The position numbers and the translations under genes were made by a program. A stretch of DNA of 61,591 nucleotides, filler included. It is 4 parts of 4 records of this genome, joined end to end, with 100 filler letters (N's around TTAATTAATTAA, not from the genome) between each part and the next. Parts side by side here need not be neighbours in the genome. Positions count along the whole stretch, not along the records: positions 43,450 to 61,591 come from SRR31147125_6886; 3 more parts are not named here. One strand, given 5' to 3'. The notes beneath the pieces were generated by a model. That model saw only the letters and a program-made list of their open reading frames with translations. It had not been told where the DNA came from and did no database searches. This document shows positions 55,762 through 61,591 of the stretch, piece by piece. The number at the start of each line of letters is the position of its first letter. The first letter of the stretch is position 1.

Positions 55762-55825
55762 AGTTTTTGGAGGCTTTTGCTTTTCATTGTTAAAACTTTT
55801 TCCCGGACAACACTGATTTTTTACT

Positions 55826-56878
55826 CTATTCAGATTTCCATCCATCAATTTTCAAAAAGAATCCGGCGCTAGGAAATTCATCGTGACAAGCCAGGAAAAG
55901 GCATTCGGGTTTTCCGTCTTTCCATAAAATATGAGGACGTTCGGTTCGTGCCAGTTTATCGCCAAAATAAAACTCATTGGTTTGATAGCCAATTTCAGGT
56001 CTTTCCCAGTTTATACCATCTTTCGATTTATAAATCAATCCGGGCCGGTTTCCTCCCGCTTTTATTTCTTTTTGGGGTATAGGATTTTCTTCCAACATAT
56101 TCTTTACCCCCATGCGGTCTTCAACAATCATGTAGTACATGTCGTTGTAATAAAATGCGTAAGGATCTTCAATATCAATCTCCTTTTCGGCATAACTTAT
56201 AAGCGGATTTTCAGGATGATTTACATAGGGCCCTTCAATATTATCGCTTGTTACCAACGAGATTTCACGAATCTTTTTGGGTGAATATTTATCCGAAATA
56301 GATTTATAATAGATTCTGAATTTACCATCGGGTGCGGCAACAAATGTAGGATTGGATGCGTGCAAAGCATGGGCATCCCCATTTTTGTACGATGGCTCAA
56401 TAATTGGATTATGCGAACTTTCCTTCCATGGCCCATTAAGCGATTTTGCTGTGGCTATTCCCACCGATTGGTTAATACCTTCGGTAGATGCTAATTTCCA
56501 CAAATAAACCATTACATATGTATCGCCAACTTTTGAAATTTGCGGATTATGATAAGTTGCTGTATTACTTGTAAACGTTGTATCCACAAATTGGTAGGGA
56601 CCTTCAGGCTTATCGGCTGTATAATGTACAATTTTACTATTATTGTTCCACGAACCCGAATATGGAATGGCAGACATAAATACATGTAGCTTATCTTGTT
56701 CGTCGTATATGGGAGCCATACACCAGTGCCACCAACCTTCCGGAGCATCGAGAATATAATTACCGGCTGACATTGACTTGCAAAAAGAAGATTCCTTTAT
56801 TACGGGTTCTTCTTGTTTGCAGGACATAACAATTAAAACAAGCCCTAACAAAAAGATTGAACCCAATCCTTTCTTCAT
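55826..56878 (-). CDS. Five-bladed propeller glycoside hydrolase lipoprotein (GH43/GH117-like)
   Basis: Lipobox VMSC after MKKG (ATG 56878), PEGPY, HNPQI, SNPT, YYKS, EDPY and ERPH. Confidence 0.7.
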   Translation of the reverse strand: MKKGLGSIFLLGLVLIVMSCKQEEPVIKESSFCKSMSAGNYILDAPEGWWHWCMAPIYDEQDKLHVFMSAIPYSGSWNNNSKIVHYTADKPEGPYQFVDTTFTSNTATYHNPQISKVGDTYVMVYLWKLASTEGINQSVGIATAKSLNGPWKESSHNPIIEPSYKNGDAHALHASNPTFVAAPDGKFRIYYKSISDKYSPKKIREISLVTSDNIEGPYVNHPENPLISYAEKEIDIEDPYAFYYNDMYYMIVEDRMGVKNMLEENPIPQKEIKAGGNRPGLIYKSKDGINWERPEIGYQTNEFYFGDKLARTERPHILWKDGKPECLFLACHDEFPSAGFFLKIDGWKSE

Positions 56879-56933
56879 AAAATTATTCATTGGCTGAGGT
56901 GGTATAAGGTTTAAAATATTTAAAATCATTTTG

Positions 56934-56967
56934 AAAAAAAGCGCATGAAAACTTCACACGCTTTTTT
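56934..56967 (-). terminator. Rho-independent terminator after susD
   Basis: Minus strand GCGTGTGAA-GTT-TTCATGCGC (two G-U pairs) followed by T7. Confidence 0.75.
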
Positions 56968-57014
56968 CTAAAATTAAAACTAAACTATACTAAGCGTTGT
57001 TTTTGAGATTCTTA

Positions 57015-58739
57015 TTAATATCCGTCATTTTGTATAAGAAGTGGATTTTTATTTATCTCAGTTTGCGGAATAGGCATATAATAATACTTCTCATCGTAAG
57101 TTCTGGTTTGTAACACAGAATAAGTATACGTGGCTGTTGCAGGTTCAACAGTTAAGTCGTTTGCCACATCGCATTTATAGGCATCAACAAATGTTTGATC
57201 AAGAATTTGCCAGCGGCGAACATCAAAGAAACGTTGCCCTTCGAAAGCCAGTTCAATTCGGCGTTCGTGCATTATTTCCTCCATGGTAATTACTTCAGGT
57301 AAAGATTCATCGGGTAAACTTGCGCGCTGACGAATAGGTAGGATATAATCACGAGCTTCAGCTCCTCTTCCCAACATTACCAAACACTCTGCATATGCAA
57401 GATAAAATTCAGAAATTCGCATCATTACACACTGAGTAATATCACCAACCTGAAATTTAGTAGTAATATCATCCTTCACATATTTATGACAGAAATATCC
57501 GGTACGGGTGTAGTTTTTGGTTTCCTGCAAAACACCACCTTGAGAATCATAACCGTCTCTAGTCACAACCTCGCCATCATCATTAATGTATTTGTAGGTT
57601 CCTGTTTCAACTTTTGTCCCAACGTCTTCAGTCGAAGGAACACGATCCATGGTGGAGCTATATTCGGCACCGTCATACAATATATTGGCATAAAAACGTG
57701 GTTCGCGGTTTTCGTAAGGAGCATCGCCATGAATGTCACGGTCGTAATCCGTTCCGTCGGCCATTTGAAAATCATCGACTAATGCCTGAATAGGCGTAGC
57801 AAGTCCCCATCCTCCCCAGCTTGGAGGGCCAAACATGGTAGAATTAAAATTGAAGAACATTACTCTTTCATCTCCCTGCATATATTTAGCAAGCATTATT
57901 TCGGTATTTCCAGCGCTTGGGTAATCGTATAAAATATCGATGTATTCATCAGGATTATATAAACTGTATTGAGAAAGATCGATTACTGCTTTTGCAGCAG
58001 CTGCAGCATCTTCCCATTTGGTCTGGTCGTTTGACGAATTGTGTAGAGGGCTTGCTGCGTGTAATAATACCTGCGATTTTAACCCAAGTGCAACTCCATA
58101 GGTTGCACGGCCAGATTCAGCTTCATCGGGTAAACCTAGTAGGGCCTCTTCAATATCGGCTAAAATAAATTCAACACACTCATCGTAGCTTGCTCGCACT
58201 TGTGTAACTTCATCGTTGGGAGTAAATTGCGTATCAGACAAAACAACTCCGCCATATACTTTTATCAACTGATTGTAACAATATGCTCTTAAAAAATGCA
58301 TTTCGGCCAACCACACTGTCAAATCATCTTCGTCCACATCTACTCTTCCAGCTTCATAATTATCAAAAAATCCGTTAATATGCTGTATCGCCTCATAAAA
58401 TGTTACCCAGTTACCTCCTACAATCGAGGTTGAAGAAGGTGTTAAAGCACCAGATGTAAGCGTCTGTCCTCCTCCCCATGGGATATGAGCAAAGGCTTCG
58501 TCGGTACCTTCACCTCTAAAATGGCCCCAGGTCATTAAACGGTCTGTGGCTACTCTTGTTGAATAATAATCGCTTAAATAAGTGTAGGCATAATCAACAT
58601 AACCTTCAATAGTGCTTTCATTCGCCCAGAAATCGGCATCGGAAAGGGAGTCGGTTGGCGTTAATTCAAGGCTATCCTGACATGACACCAATGCTATAAT
58701 TAACATAAAATATATTGATATCTTTTTCATGATTCTCAT
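57015..58739 (-). CDS. SusD/RagB lipoprotein
   Basis: Lipobox LVSC, EMHFLRAY.Y..L...YGGV, NREPRF, R.SE.YL.YAE and ERRIELAFEGQRFFDVRRW...QNDGY. Confidence 0.95.
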   Translation of the reverse strand: MRIMKKISIYFMLIIALVSCQDSLELTPTDSLSDADFWANESTIEGYVDYAYTYLSDYYSTRVATDRLMTWGHFRGEGTDEAFAHIPWGGGQTLTSGALTPSSTSIVGGNWVTFYEAIQHINGFFDNYEAGRVDVDEDDLTVWLAEMHFLRAYCYNQLIKVYGGVVLSDTQFTPNDEVTQVRASYDECVEFILADIEEALLGLPDEAESGRATYGVALGLKSQVLLHAASPLHNSSNDQTKWEDAAAAAKAVIDLSQYSLYNPDEYIDILYDYPSAGNTEIMLAKYMQGDERVMFFNFNSTMFGPPSWGGWGLATPIQALVDDFQMADGTDYDRDIHGDAPYENREPRFYANILYDGAEYSSTMDRVPSTEDVGTKVETGTYKYINDDGEVVTRDGYDSQGGVLQETKNYTRTGYFCHKYVKDDITTKFQVGDITQCVMMRISEFYLAYAECLVMLGRGAEARDYILPIRQRASLPDESLPEVITMEEIMHERRIELAFEGQRFFDVRRWQILDQTFVDAYKCDVANDLTVEPATATYTYSVLQTRTYDEKYYYMPIPQTEINKNPLLIQNDGY

Positions 58740-58770
58740 TTTATTAATATTGTTTATTGATTAAGTTACT

Positions 58771-61591
58771 TTAGAAATTCAAGGTTATACCAGTTGTAAT
58801 TACTCTCGATATCTCGTAACTATTCCAAGCAGCTAATTCGGGGTCTCTTGATATATCCATTTTATCGAATACAAACAAGTTATCACCACTTACATAGAAT
58901 CTTAGACTACTAAGCTTCAGCTTTGTTAAAAGAGATTCGGGCAAAGTGTAGCCAACTTCAACTGTTTTTACCCTCAAGAAACTATTGTCTTTTAACCAGA
59001 AGGTTGAGCGTCGGTCGTTGTTATGATCTCCAATTGTGTTACCACCCAATTTCGAATAGGTTTTTGGATATAAATTATCACCTTCTTCTTGCCACCTGCC
59101 TTCGAACCAGGCTTTATCGTAGCGTAACATTACAGGCTGTTCCATTGTCCAGGCACGTGCTTGTCCCTGTAAACGAACTAAACAATCGAAATTTTTATAA
59201 TTGGCACTGAAATTCATTCCATAAACAATTTCAGGTGTTCTTACTTTATCGAACCTCACGCGGTCATCATCGTCAATAACACCGTCAGCTTCATCGTACA
59301 CGCCGTCACCATCGGTATCAATGGTTAACTGGTCAACATATTTAATATCGCCCGGCTGTGCTCCGGAAAGACTTGGGTAATTATCAATTTCTTCCTGATT
59401 TTGGAATAAACCGTCGGCAACTAAAATTAATCTCGAATTCACACCGTCATCACCATCATCAAGTGCATCAACCGAGTGACCTTCTTTTTTCTGGAAATCT
59501 AAAACACCAGCAGCTTCGTCTAAATAAACCGCCCTGTTTCTTGTGAAGGTAAAAGTACCTCCTACGCGGTAAGAAAAATCGTTGCTTACCCTTTTGTTAA
59601 ACGAGAGGTTACCATCTATACCCCAGCTGTTTACTTTACCTAAGTTTTCATCAGAAAGGGTAACACCATAATATTCAGGCACTGATTCCGATCTTTCAAT
59701 TAGAATTTTTGTGCGTTTATTTCTGAAAAAATCGGCGGTAAGATCAATCATTCCATTGGCAAATTGTGCATCAATTCCAACATCAAACGATTCTTGTTCT
59801 TCCCATGTAATGTCGTAATTCGGATATCCATCAGAAGTATAGGATGTTGTCACAGTTCCTGTTTCTCCTAAAAATGTTTGTCTCTGCAAATTTTGTACTT
59901 GCGAATAGGTTGCAAGGTATTGGAATGGATCGGTATTATCGAGTCCCATTTGTCCCCACGAAGCTCTTAATTTCATGTATCCAACTCCTAAGTTTTTCCT
60001 GAAAGAAAGATTCTTCAGAAATACGCCAAGCTGCAGAAACTGCTGGGAAAATTCCCCATTTTTTTCCATTAGGAAATTTATAACTACCATCGGCACGCAA
60101 AGTAAAGTCAATAAGCAACTTCTCTTTATATCCATAGTTAAAACGTCCAAAGTAATGCAAGGCAGACCACTCACCATCAGAACCTTCGTTTGTATCCGTA
60201 GTTTCATCACCGGCATCAATTTGTTCAATAATATTGGTTAGGTAGTCACTCCTTGAAGCGGCCAGGTATTCACTCCATCCCTGGCGTGCTTCCATTCCCA
60301 CAAATACATCAAAACTATGGTCTCCAAAAGTTCGTGCGTAATTAATTTTGGTATTTACCTGGCTTGAAGCTCCATCGTTATATTGTTTTGATAAAGCCGG
60401 GTTTGTGGTAGTCCATCCACTTGGAATAGCAATGTACTCACCTGTAGCATCATCATACGAATAAGTTTCCCATGTATTTAACCAGTTTGTATTTTTCGAA
60501 TTACTAACAGCGTATTTCATATACCCCGAAAAAGACAAGCCTTCAGTAATATAATCCATTTTATAATCGTAACGGAAAAGACCGGTAAAGTTATTACTTA
60601 AAGTAGCATCATAACCCACAGTTTTTGATCCTAATATTACCGGATTATAGCCATATTGCATATTTCCTACTAATCCATTATCAAACATAAAAATAGTTTC
60701 GGGAGTAGCTTGTTTTGCACGAAGTTTCGTTTGGTTTGTGTTTTGTTCCTGGCTCCTGTCTCTAATAGACCCTGTAATATCAAGCGACAACTTCAAATTT
60801 TCTGTTGCCTGAAAATCGAGATTAGAACGAAGCTGGTATTGTTTGTAGTAAACAGCACTACTTTTTCTATACTGTCCATTTTGATCGAGGTATTGGGCCG
60901 AAACAAAGTATTTTAATTTATTGTTTCCTCCATTTACAGAAAAATTATGTCTATGCTGAGGAGCCCAGTCTTTAAATGTATCATCGTACCAGTCAACATC
61001 AGGTCCGGCATAATTAAGAGGATCAGAACCTGTTCTTAATTTTTCAAGAACTTCATCGGAATAAACAGCAATACCGCCTCCGTATATACTCTCTTCATTT
61101 ACAGCAACTGCTGTTTGGTAAGAGTTTGTCCAGTCGGGTTTAACAGTAGGTTGAGTTAATGAAAAGGAACTGGAGAATGAATAAACAGGTTTACCTGACA
61201 TACCACGTTTAGTAGTTACCAGTATTACACCATTAGATGCATTTACACCGTAAATAGCAGCCGATGCATCTTTCAATACCGATACCGACTCGATATCGTT
61301 TGGATTAAGACGGGCCAAATTGCCAACCGCTTGCGGTACACCATCTATTACCAATAATGGGCTATTACCCGAATCATCTAAGGTTGCCTTTCCTCTTACA
61401 TAAATCTCCAAAGTCTCAGCTCCCGGTCTACCACCGCGTTGGTTAATAACAAGCCCCGGAACCTGACCAGCAAGCCCCGAAGTAACGTTGCTACTCCGGC
61501 TTTTAATCATTTCGTCTCCGGTTACTGATGCCACGGCACCGGTAACTGTTGCTTTTGTACGTGTACCATAACCAATGGCAACTACTTCTTC
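58771..61591 (-). CDS. SusC/RagA TonB-dependent transporter, 5'-truncated, frameshift at homopolymer 59993-59997
   Basis: EEVVAIGYG at the window edge, PLLVIDG, SVLKDASAAIYG..ASNGVILVTTK, WGIFPAVSAAW, KLRASWG and a terminal F. Removing one A joins the two ORFs. Confidence 0.95.

Noticed and set aside
11962-59997. Phase variation or pseudogenes from frameshifts (11962, 15942, 20273, 23385, 24855, 29382, 39206, 59993; also about 26715 and 46420)
   Set aside because: Single-base indels, mostly in 5-8 nt homopolymers, occur in all four unrelated contigs, including essential terL. This pattern fits pyrosequencing-type error; raw reads would settle it.

Overview
The window is four unrelated contigs joined by 100-nt artificial linkers (N44-TTAATTAATTAA-N44), so neighbourhood across linkers means nothing. 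Contig A (1-22097) is a sugar-utilisation locus from a bacterium that uses Shine-Dalgarno sites. It holds an SSS transporter, GH78, a GC-rich GH28, five Ig-like+NHL beta-propeller paralogs, two other related propellers and a Tat-signal DegT-family aminotransferase. Contig B (22198-27312) is a Bacteroidota ECF sigma/FecR/SusC locus. Contig C (27413-43349) is a very AT-rich HK97-type siphovirus morphogenesis operon on the minus strand. It looks shredded in the supplied code-11 ORF track, but hand translation shows it uses TGA as tryptophan (code 4). About 40 in-frame TGAs occur, many at canonical Trp positions of terminase, HNH, tail-tube and tail-fibre motifs. Read-through gives full-length genes ending in TAA, eight of them joined by TAATG stop/start overlaps. 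The two divergent plus-strand phage genes contain no in-frame TGA. This stop-codon-recoded phage with Bacteroidota-like features is the main discovery candidate. Contig D (43450-61591) is a Bacteroidota sulfated-fucan-type PUL with SusC/D, two GH29s (one apparently fused to a GH168-like domain), two sulfatases, GH28 and esterases. Many single-base frameshifts sit in homopolymers and are probably sequencing errors. All family calls come from motif recognition by eye; no database search was run.
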